From positions 23,122,345 through 23,186,344 of the forward strand of contig NC_134028.1 in the NCBI RefSeq assembly GCF_964204645.1: DNA of 64,000 nucleotides, in the 5' to 3' direction. The notes under the pieces were generated by a model. The model did no database searches. It had not been told where the DNA came from and saw nothing but the letters and a program-made list of their open reading frames with translations. Below, piece by piece: positions 52,901 to 64,000 of this stretch (its first letter is position 1; the number at the start of each line of letters is the position of its first letter). This DNA is from Tubulanus polymorphus. Taxonomy: Eukaryota > Animalia > Nemertea. Position numbers and translations under genes: made by a program.

Positions 52901-55900
52901 AGTGAACAGTTGTTTTTTTCGCAGCCGGAAAATCTCGACGATAAAATCATAAATCTGCCCAGTTTTGTCGAAGCGCTCGCCTGTATCGTACGTCAACTAG
53001 ATCAGGTACGTTCAGCTGAAGTCAATATTTCTTTTTGTCTGGGATCGAATTTTTTAAAATATTTCTCTTAATCTGTTGAACCCAAAAACGATGGTTTATA
53101 CAGACTGCAGTTTCTCTGGTCGTGTTGAGACCGAATTGAGGTATGTGTTCAAGAGATTAAGAGAACTATCCCAAAAAATCAATTCCAGACAAAAAGTAGA
53201 CTTCTGATTCTACATAAACACACAGCAAACTTGGCTCAAATTGAACCTGTTGAATATTTGTCTGACTTGAACATTTAGTTGGATGGTTATACTTAATGTA
53301 TTGTATAGAGTCAGAAAAATATTTCAACGGGTAAGACAACTATTATTAAAACCTTGAAAGTTCCTTTTATACCGACTCGTGAATCTTGCCCTCTTTTGAG
53401 AAAAAATTAGCAGAGAAATCTCAGGGTATTCCGGAATAGAGGAAAGTGGTCCCCCATCCCTATTCAACAAATATTTTAGTTGAATGGTCATCGTAGTGGG
53501 GCGCTTTCAATTTGAACAGAATTTACTTTACCCGCAGAGGTTTTATTGCTAATTTTCTTTCACTTCAAGATTGAAACAAATGCTCGTTGTTGAATTGATT
53601 TTATTCACGTTTCCATTTCAGATGACTGAAACATTTTTGGCTTCGTTGGAAAAACTTGTCGTCATGCTCATCGAGTATTATCCGAAGTTTGGACAAAAAT
53701 TAGGCTTCATATGCGTGAAAGCGATTCTCCAAGTAAGAAAATATTTTCTTAAGTGTAACATACAAATCATGTTTAATTTTTAGTGCCTTAGACTAGAGCA
53801 TCACCCTGAAGTGAATACGGCCCTAAATCATTTATCTCAATGAAATTTACTCTTTTTTTTCAGGTACTGCTATCGTTATTTCCAAAGGGTGCGGCGTTTC
53901 GCAATCTGCTGAGTCGTGTCATCTACCAGGGTCTGATTCGTATATGCTCTCATCCGGTGGTGGCAAACACGGACAATCAACAAACTGAGGACGACGAACG
54001 CGAAAAGAAAATCTCGTACAAAGATTACGTGAATTTGTGGCTGAGTTTGCTCGATGTACAAAAACTGAAGGTACGTATGCCATGGCACACCAGATCCCGC
54101 GGAGCATTTTCCCAAAAGTTTGTTTCATGGGGTGAAACAGTGAATTACTAAAAAATTGGACAATTAACTGCATTATTAGCGCGGTATTCGTCTGATGGTT
54201 ACTGTATGTAACTTATGAGCCAGATGCTCAGGATCCTTTTCCTCAACTAATTGGTTGAGCCTGGAGTCAAATTAGTTCATCTTCGATTAGTTAACTCTTG
54301 AGTCTCAATTCTTGATTCACTGCTTTGGAACTGGAACCAGTTTTAGGCCTAGTAAACGTGACATTAAAGTAACATTTACACCATCATCTCTCAGGCCATT
54401 AGTATTATTAGAATGTTTGAGTTTCACAATTGCTGGTAGAAAAAACTTAGCCATCACTAGGATTCAAACCCCTGATGAGACCTCTGGTTACCGGTAGATG
54501 TGTGTATGGTACCACTTACGAAAGTTGTTAAAATATGGGGTGCAAAATGTTATCTTGCAGGACAGCGGTCACGGACACGGAATGAACGCGACTTACAAGA
54601 AACAATTAGAGCAAGCCATTTACGACGAGACGATATCATCTGTTTCACGTATCTTGGACAAACTAGATTTGAATTCGAAGAAATCAGACCGAACTGCCAC
54701 CGATGCTGAAAGCGATTCACCGGCCACATCGGACCCGATAAAAGATTTACAGGCGTCAAAACCGAAAGATTTTCAGATTTTCATCAATTTGGTGGATTTT
54801 TGCAGGTAAATTGATCTCATCAAGCTACTATTGAAACTGTAACTCATTTTCAATTAACTCATATAGACTCTAAATATGGATGGAAAGATTCTACTTGAAA
54901 TGTAAGAAAAGACAATAGCAGTTGTTTAAATTATTGTTGTGGGTTTCTCTCTATGACCTACAGGAATAGATCAGCCAGAAAACTATGTATAAAAGAGTCA
55001 CAATATGAAGTCTTAACAAGACAAAATCTGTTTCACTGAGATGTTTCGGACAGATTACTTCTATCCATCATCAGAGATTTATTTATTTTTGATCTTTATA
55101 GACTGCGACTATAGTCTCAATCGTTTTCAGCCGCGAAGACCGTGCGTTTATAGCTATTTTTCTCTTGATATATTTTCTCGTTTCCGACAGAGATGTTTTG
55201 CCAGTGCGTCATTACTACCATTTCTCTGTGTGGGTTTATAAATTCGGTCACCAGCTCATCGTGCACTCGACCAAGTAAGCGAAGACATTTTTTTCGGCAA
55301 AAGAATACTGACTGATGTTTGAAAAAGGGTGAAAAATTTTATATTGTTTTCACTGTTTCTAGATACCCGCTGGTTAGTGGCTTTTATAAATTGTTAGCCA
55401 CTTGTCTGACGATATGCACAAAAATGCATTACTTCAAGGTAATCGATCATCGAAATATTTCTATTTATTTTCAATGTTAAGTTCAGTGGTTTCTGATTGT
55501 GAATAATCGCTCTTATTACGTAAAAGGGAGTGAATAAAACGACTGAAGAAGAGCGTTCTAACCTGATGGATACAGATGACAATGAAGATTGCAAAACAGG
55601 GCCGTCGAATTCAGCTGAAAAAGTCGCTGCTTTCGTTCTATTCAGTAAATTTGCGAAAGAGGTACGGCAAAATAGTTCTTTAAACAGACTTATCTATAGA
55701 AAGTTAGAAAATCTCAACAAGTTTATTGTGGCTTCATTAAGCTTATCAATTTTTGAATGTTAGTCTTTTCTCAATTAGTTATAGCTAGCTGTAACGTTGA
55801 AAAGTGAACTGTTGAATGTAATGATAGAATATGCACGAATGTATTTTATAGGTTTTGGCGCGAATGAAACAATACAAAGACGACCTTTTGGCGGCGTGTC

Positions 55901-58900
55901 TGTTGTACATACTGGCTTTACCTGTTGAAATAGTCTCCGTCGAGATCAGTCAAATAGTACCAGCTTTGGAGGTTCGTAAATGTAAATGGTATTTCCATTG
56001 TTTAAACGTCAGTCATAATGTATAATTCTATGCATTTTCTCGTTTCCAGACTGCGTTCGAAATCGGTTTAAGTTACCTGCCATTGGCTGCTGCCGGTTTA
56101 GACGCTTTAGAACGATGGTCCAATCGTCTGCCGTCTGCCGTTATGAAGCCGTACTACAAGTCGATTCTACCGCGCCTCGATTGTTACCTTTCGTCGCCGA
56201 TGGACGACGATAAAGACGCCGTCACGATAATCGCCACGCCCATGTCGAAAAGAGGCAAGCGAAAAGTTCCGATTAAACTTCTAGAAAGCACCGTGAAGAA
56301 AAAAGGGCAAGCAACTCAACTAGTAAGTCTTCATTCACATTCAGAAATCAGTTCGAATGATTTTGTTGTAATCTTCTGATCGAGTTCAATGTTTCATCTT
56401 AGCAGACGTCATCAGAGATCCAGCTGATTCAAATCAAAAAGCGTATCGTCGTTCTACTCGGTTCAATTGGAGGTTGCAACAATAAATGGCTGATCGATAC
56501 GAGTGCCGACGACGTCGCCAGTCTAGCCGTCGCTTGGGATACGGAAAAACATTTACGTTTCGATGTGCCGTTTATGGACATGAAACCTACGATATATTTC
56601 GGTGAGCTACTGGAGTAACTGAGTTACTGGTTTATCACTGTAAAGATAGTATCATTCTATTTCCAGTGGCTTCTTGATAATCGTCAGGTGCAGTTCTTTA
56701 CTTTAACGGGGACCATGCCCTTATATACAGTACAAGAATAATCTGATTTATCTGATTGCAGTGATATGGAGTTCATTTACACTTATTCCAATTCAAAACG
56801 TGTGTCCTTCAAATTTCATTCATGAATCTAATAGTCTAATAGAATTTGTCTTAACTGGCATCTAGTAGTGACATTATTGAAATTGTTTTTTGGTCATTAT
56901 TTAACAAGGTTCCATTGTATACTCATCAACTCCTGTTGTTTATTGCTGTTTCTTCCAACTTCTCTTTTCGATCTCCAGATGATTTCCTGCCACGTATTGT
57001 GAATTTAGCGACTCAATCGAGCGATCGGCAGACGAAAGTAGCCGCGTGCGAGTTGTTACATTCCCTCATACTCTACACGCTCGGTCGCAGTGTCCAACAA
57101 CCGGGTCAAGGACACGGACCGGCGAAATACTCGATGGAGAAACTGTATCAACGTCTATTTCCAGTTGTGCTTAAGTTATCGTGTGATGTTGAATTGGTAA
57201 GTATGCAGAAGAATGCTTTATTTTAACCAATTCTTGGTTGCGATTTAGGGCTAATTCTCAAGTCGTATCTAATGAATACCGGGTATCGGTGGAACAGGGG
57301 CTTGTTGCATATTCACAGCTTAGTGAAAAACGACCAGTCAAAGACTCTCTCGCCAATCTAACAACTTAACTAACGACGGGTCTTAAGTTGTTACAACCAC
57401 TTTTGGACTCAAGCCACGACTGTGCAACCTGGGTCCTCGAAGTGGAGTGCTTTATGAAAATCAGGCACTGAAAAGTTTCCCCTTTATTATCAGGTTGCGA
57501 AACAGCTGTTTGAACCCTTGATGATGCAGTTGATTCATTGGTTTACGAACAACAAAAAGTTTGAAAGTGACGACACCAACGCCTTGCTTAAGGCTATTCT
57601 GGTACGTATAGTTCACAATTGCGTATGAAACTATGAATTACTGACATAATTTTACAATTGAAACTTCTATTTATTTGCAGGCTGGTGTTGTCCATCCTAC
57701 CGATTCTGCTCTCCGGGATTTCAGCGCCAAATGTGTGAAAGAGTTTCTGAAATGGTCGATCAAACAGACTACTAAAAAGGTAAGAAAAACACATGAGCTC
57801 TTCCAGGGGGATTTGTCGGGCTTATAGTCCGTCAAATTTGAATAAAGTGCCCTTTGGTGCATTTAAGTGAAGAGTGAATCTTTTTTGACAAGTTCTTCAA
57901 AATAAGCCATCCCATATTTTTGACTGTAAATCGATGCCACTAATACACTATTTTTTCTACATTCTGATTTTCCAGATGCAAGAAAAAAGTCCGATTAACA
58001 CGAAATCTTTGCTAAAACAACTCTATAGCCTAGCGTTGCACCCTTCTCCTTTCAAAAGATACGGGGCTGCACTTGCATTCAATAATATCTACGATATATT
58101 CAGGTCAGTAAGAACTTTCGAGGTGTTCGCTTTTTGTGAGAGTTTTTTCGATTGAAGGTTCTTTTCATTTGTCTGTCTCGAGACAGAAGAGAGTTATTTT
58201 CGAACAGCAGCACACAAAGGAAAGAGATAGAATTCCAGAGATTTCGATCTTTTATTGCCTGTATCATATTTCAGAGAAGAGGAAGCTCTTTTGGATCAGT
58301 TTACATTTGAGATTCTCGCCAACTACGTCGATAGTCTGGCGATAGCTCATGCAGATGACAAATCCCTCGGAACTCAAGACCAATGTAAAGAAGCTCTGGA
58401 CCATTTGGATAAAATCCTACGCAAACGAGCAGCCATTTTTATGAAACCGTCGAGTCAAAGACGATTACCGAGGTATTTTGAGATTTTTTTCAGTCTTCAG
58501 GTTGCGAAATTCTTTCGTAGATTTCCGAAAAATTGATGATCGAATATCGATATATTTTCAGAGAATGGAGCAAGGCTACCCTAGATGTGTGCATACGATG
58601 GCTTATGCGACAGTGTGGACGTCCACAGACTGAATGCAGACATTCGTGTATGAAACTAGTGTGTAATTTAGCCACATGTATTCCAGGTGAATGTTCTGTC
58701 TTTTCTATATACATTCCAAAGTTTCCTTCCTGCTAAATGATTTATTGATTCGACATTTTGACTATAACCTAATAGTCATCTTCAGAAGATGATGGGGTGA
58801 TTCTCTCTCTATATATATACATATCCTCACAACACGGACATAGTGTTTCATTAATGGTTATCCTATCTTTTATGAACTCAATAAGATTATAATCAATCTT

Positions 58901-61900
58901 ATTCCAACTGTATTTCTCCTATTGTGCGTAGAGTGACTTCCACCTTTGTCCACCTTTTGGCTGAGTGCAGGTTAGAGCAATTTATTTTATATTGCTCATG
59001 TCACTATGATAGATAAGTAGATGAATAATAGATATTATATCTAATCAAATCAATGACTTATTCTTTTTACGCGCAGGAATAAAAGATGTGCCGTCGCTGT
59101 TCAAGAATCTACTGAACTCAGCAGACGGAGCCGATTACTTTCTGATTAGATTTGAAGCGGGGACGTACATGTCGAACGGCGAGCACGCAGGTTTAGCGAA
59201 ATACCCGACCATGACGGAAATCGATTCGGTTTTTAGCATCAAAATAGCCGTGCGATGGTTTGAATTGCTGCTCACGTGTTTAGACTGTTACACGTGGGTG
59301 TTCGGCGAAGGTCTTCTTAAACCGGCTGACATTTTTCTAGGTACTTGCTTATTCACCTACCTCATTCTATCCATCACCTGATTACAATGTGAAACTGGTT
59401 GAACTTTTCTTTGCTGATTTTAGCGAAAAATGGAAAGAAGTGCTCGATTTTGTTCAAGTCATTAGAGTATTTTTTGAATGAAATAGCTTGTCAAAATATC
59501 GAATATGTAGCTGGTTGTTTTTCGGTGAAGTCCGGAAGAGAGGTGTTTACTCCACGTGAAGTTGACCACTTTAATAGGTAAAAAACTGTAAAAGAAATGT
59601 GAAGGAAATCAATATTTAATGAATACGATTACTATCAATTTCGTTTTATTCTTCAGGTCAAAGTGCACTGTTCTCGTGAGATTGATGAACTTTTTGACGA
59701 TCGTATTCGGAAGATATCCTAGCGACGGTGTGAAAGTGTTGCCGCCATCTTTGCTGTCGAATGACAATCTCTGGCGGATATTGTGCTGTTGCGTTACCGA
59801 TCCCGTGGCCATAGGATTCAATATGGCCGATGTGGAGGTTATCATGAGATTACCTCAAGAAGTAAGCGCAGTTACTGTCAATGGGTAACAAGAAAGATGA
59901 AATAGCATCAATAATGTATTGTCAAAATATGTCCAGGTTCCAGTACCTTAAATCAAGAGTTATTGGCTTCTGATATATTAGGTCAGATTTATGGTTTCTG
60001 CTGTTTGTAGGTCGAGCAGTTGATGCTAGTTTTCAGAAAACGTCTGCCACAAAACGCGCTCCACCAATTGCAGGCACAGTTACGTGATAAATTACAACAA
60101 CTCAGGTAAATACCTAGCACTCCCATGTTGTATTAAACTAGAATTCTATGCATTCTTATTGTGTTACATGACTGTAACTGTGGACTGATTGATGTCATTT
60201 GATTTTCTAGTCTTCCCGTGAAGTTGTCATCTGGTGAATCCTACGATCACGTACAGTTCATACATCTCGTGACTGGCTACGAAATCCTGTTCAAAACTGA
60301 CTTTCTAACTTCCCTCTTACCGGCGAGTCAGTCCGTGCCGAAACTCGCACTAGAACTACTAAATAACGTCTTCAAAGTAGGTTATCTTTTTAATCATCAG
60401 ATTAATTGTCTCGATTTCATCAAGGGGCCACCACTTGGAAATCAGGGAAAAGTCAGGGAAATTTATTTTCTTTAAGAAAGTCAGGGAATTTTGTAAAAAT
60501 GCTCAAAATCAGGGAACAGTCAGGGAAATATGTTGAGAATGCTAGATTTATGCGTACAATCAAACAGTTTCTTTCTATATCTTATGTTTTTGACTGTTTT
60601 AATTGATTGAATTCTTAGCAGATCAGGGAAAATACAAATGCAAGTGCGATAAAAGTGGCCGCCCTGGGTTTCTATATGATCAAAGCGATTATAGAATATT
60701 TTCAGCGTTTAACTCGCGTCGAATCGGGTGATTATTACATCGCTGATCTGTCGCCGACGACGACTGACCTCGCCGACAAGTTGTTGAATCTGTCGTTGCT
60801 AATCGGCGTCGATGTCGATAGTCTGGTGAAATTGATCGTCGATCGCACGGTTTTGAAGAACGTCGAAGGCAACGTCGCGTGTTATTACGGTTCGTTGTTT
60901 TACACGACGTTCAAAGCGACGATCAATTCGTTCGTCGTTTCTCGCGCCGATCGAGTTCTGACGCGTCTGCTCAAATGCGTCGATACCGACGCTAATCTCG
61001 TGGCCGCCGTCGTGACGAGCGTTCTCGACCAAATCGGAAAGGATCGTCAGTTGCGTAAAACGTAAGCTCATGTTTTCATTGGTTCAGGGTGGCACCACTG
61101 ACCTGGAAAACTCGGGGAATCAGAAAAATCTAGAAAACAATCGGAGATAATTTGGGGAACTTGACAAATTATGCAAAAAGCCTGGGAAATTCAGGGAATT
61201 CGGATAATGTTATTGACTATGCGTTTCTTAATCAATACGTGATTCAATGAAAAATGATAACATTTTAGTAAAAATAAGTAATATTTTAAGACTAGAAATT
61301 GTTCCTATTCACGCAGGATATTTTGTGAAGTAATCACATGAAAAGTCGGGGCAATGAGCAGAAAGTTGCCACCACCCTGTCATATTTTGAAATGTTTCAG
61401 TTGGTATTTTGCAAAGATTTTTAGATGAGCCGTGTTTTAACTTGGGTCGAATCATTTAAATGTTGAGACAAATAGTTAACCTGATTTTGAGTTAAAAGGT
61501 TTCACTGCTAATGTATTGTAGCTTCATCAGGTGAATGGGCCATTTACGTGATAAAGCTACCATAAATTAGTAGTACCGCGCGGTAAAAGCTCATATCTTC
61601 GATGAAACTAATTAACTCTTTCAGTGCTCTCTAACTCTCTTCAGTGCTCTTTAACTCTATACTGCGATGTGGTGTATAGTATAGATTGGTGATGGACTAA
61701 CCTGTTAAGTACCGGTGTGTTATTTTGCCTGTATGTCGTTGCATAACCTAGACCTACGCGTTTCAGTGAAGGTGTTGCGCTTGTCGGCGCGTTGCTCGGA
61801 AGGTGGAACGATCTGAAAAGCTGGTGGATGAATCCTAAAGACAATGAACTGCTTGTAGCTGTCATTAATATATTCAACAAAGTCTTACTCATTGACTCAT

Positions 61901-63941
61901 CGGTAAAGAAGATATTCACGACAAACCCAGCACAAGATTTGAAGTGTTACGTTTTAGTCATAGAGAATATTTGATTGATTTGCAGGTTACCAAAGATGTC
62001 AATCATCCAGCACATGAATGCGTACTGAACATGTACTGCCATTTACTTAGTGATAATAAAACAACGCTAGTTTTCAAGGTCTGTTTCCTAACATCGTAGC
62101 TTCGTTTCTAAAAAAAACCTGATGATTTTGAGTCGTATGCTTCTGTTATCAAAAGGGTCAAGTCTTGGATCTTTTGTTTTTCTTCTCCGAGCTGCCAGAC
62201 ATCGAAACAACTAAACTCAGGTAAAAAACGAACTTTCACCATCGATGAATGAATAATGTAGGGTTTTACGTGGTCTTGCGCTCATTCACATTCATTTCAG
62301 ACAAAGTTTGGATTGTCTAGTTACCGATTGTTTTCCGTTGCGTAGTACAGAATTTGACGTTGGAAGTCCTAAACACGATGAATACGTAACAGCAATGAGA
62401 AAGGTATCAATTAATACTAATCGTTTGTTACTGTTTCTGTATTATACTTAGCTGAACCAACTGTGATAACATCAGATTCTGGGTGAAGATGTTAGGCAGT
62501 AGTCCTTGTCGCCCAGGGGCGGGCGCAGAAAAACCTTGTTAGACTAACCATGGTTAGTGGCTCATCCATTGTTATGCTAACCAGCTTGAAATAAGAGGCC
62601 ACACGAAGACAATGGTTAGCGCTAACAGCATTTTCCTGCGCCAATTTATGCCTAACCAGTCTACTAACCACGGTTAGCACTAACAGGGTTTTCCTGCGCC
62701 CGCCCGCTTATCAAATTCTTTTTGTTTGTCTGCAGCTTCTCTACGCGTTTAAATTGTCCGGTAGTTTGATGTTATTAGAACTACTGATCAGTGTCATGTG
62801 TCGAGAACCGAAACACATCATGGAGGATGAAATTCAGTCTTCGTTGATCAAATTCATCACCAGGTTTAGTTTAATCGTCGGCTGCTATCGATCAACGATT
62901 CCGTCGGTTTGTAAACCGTTTTAAAGCGTGTCATGTTTGTGTGTGTTCTAGGATGCCATTGGCTCGACAAGTCGCGGCCGTCGATGTACCGTATGACGTA
63001 TTCAAGATGGTGGATCGTTACCCGGACGATATTCGACGTGCCGCATTAGAACGCGTTTGTATTCCGCTTCTACGCCAGGTTCACGTCGGTGCCATTACGC
63101 AATTCTTTCAAGGTCAGATTAAAGACATCGGGCAGACGATCATGCGAGTTAAATTGAGCAAGGTATTGATTGCTTTGATAAGCTGCGATATCCAACTGCA
63201 GCTTTAAACAGGGTGACCACTTACCTGGCAATTGGGGAAAAATTTGGCAATTAACTTAAGAAATATCAGGAAATTTTGTAAAAAAGGTAAAAATCAGGGA
63301 ATAGTCTTGGAAATTTGTTGAGAAGATCGCTAGATCATGCGTAAACTCAAACAGTTTCCGTCTATGTCTTCTGACTGAAAATTGATTGAATACCGGTAGT
63401 CAGGGAAATGTCTGAGAAAAAGCAAGTCAAATAAAAGTGGCCACCCTAATCAGCTACGATATCCAACACTAGTAGCTTCAAATTGAACTTCAAATTCATC
63501 ACTTGATTTTTACAGAGCAGTGAATCGACTCTGAAATCTCAGTTGATATCGAAGATCTGCTGTTTTCAATTGGTCGAAATATTGTATTCACGTTTGACGA
63601 AAGATGGCGTTAATTCGGCGAATTCAGTCGTCAATCAAGCGTACTGTGGACAGACGAACGTAGCCGGAAATGAACTCACTAAAGATTTGACGAAGTAAGC
63701 GATATTCAAGCCCCGCTTAATCTTTTGCGGGTTTAAACAGTTTGATTAATCAAATATTTCTTTCTTGAACAGGGCGTCGTTAGAGTCTCGTAGGGAAGAT
63801 ATAAGAGATGAATCTATGTTACTGGAATTACGCCGCCAGTTTCACTGCGCGGCGCATAACGCTCTCATCGCTATTGTTTCTTGTACCCAGACGAACGAAA
63901 AATTCTTCAACGCGTTTCTCTTCACGGAGAATCTGGCGAAG
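49917..63941 (+). CDS. PRKDC: DNA-dependent protein kinase catalytic subunit, N-terminal HEAT-repeat part; continues beyond the right edge
   Basis: More than 35 short GT-AG exons from ATG 49917. Motifs [120 protein letters not shown] correspond to DNA-PKcs. Confidence 0.96.
54440..54520 (-). mobile_element. tRNA-derived SINE head fragment
   Basis: Minus strand has an A-box-like agtggta and a B-box-like ggtttgaatcc, then a T-run; no full cloverleaf. Confidence 0.35.
58748..58788 (-). ncRNA. Decayed Penelope-type hammerhead motif in a PRKDC intron
   Basis: CTGAAGA-T-GACTAT..ATAGTC-AAAATGTC; the core CGAAACG is changed at both CpGs; same helix II family as the 18288 copy. Confidence 0.5.
60422..60667. 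mobile_element. CAGGGTGGCCAC-type (hAT-like) MITE family; copies also at 61085-61379 and 63209-63447, fragment at about 9055-9130
   Basis: Internal tcagggaa repeats; termini cagggtg(g/a)c.ac / gtggcc(a/g)ccctg; 60422 and 63209 copies share gctagat..tgcgta.a.tcaaacagttt. Confidence 0.7.
62517..62705. mobile_element. ~190-bp MITE with GC-rich TIRs
   Basis: gggcgggcgcagaaaaacc.tgttag.ctaaccatggttag ... ctaaccacggttagcactaacagggttttcctgcgcccgccc. Confidence 0.75.
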
Positions 63942-64000
63942 GTAATGAATTATGAATCGGGCCAGGGTTTCTTAGATGTGGAAGCAAAATAATCCCTGGG

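Overview
Intron-rich animal genomic DNA; the repeat landscape suggests a marine invertebrate, possibly lophotrochozoan (inference). I can reconstruct seven protein-coding genes by hand-splicing: eIF3b (-, truncated at the left edge), HAUS2/augmin subunit 2 (+, head-to-head with eIF3b), an intronless LicD/fukutin-family transferase (-), an SLC9B/NHA Na+/H+ antiporter (+), an intronless DDX27/DRS1 helicase (+), a CDKL2/3-type kinase (-, about 16 kb), and PRKDC/DNA-PKcs (+, truncated at the right edge). Introns and the 34.5-49.9 kb intergenic block hold LINE fragments (L2, RTE, CR1, RTE-X), several MITE families, a Helentron-type HINE and minisatellites. The most unusual signals are: (1) minimal Penelope-type hammerhead ribozyme motifs, one with an apparently intact core inside a 127-bp inverted-repeat cassette; (2) a 237-bp palindrome with four CTCF-like motifs in divergent orientation upstream of PRKDC; (3) a 4x ~1.07-kb tandem array in which each unit carries five exon-like modules but no long ORF; (4) a 4.8-kb nested inverted-repeat/G-rich block; (5) an in-frame 18-nt microexon candidate in CDKL. 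All coordinates were read by eye and no database searches were run.
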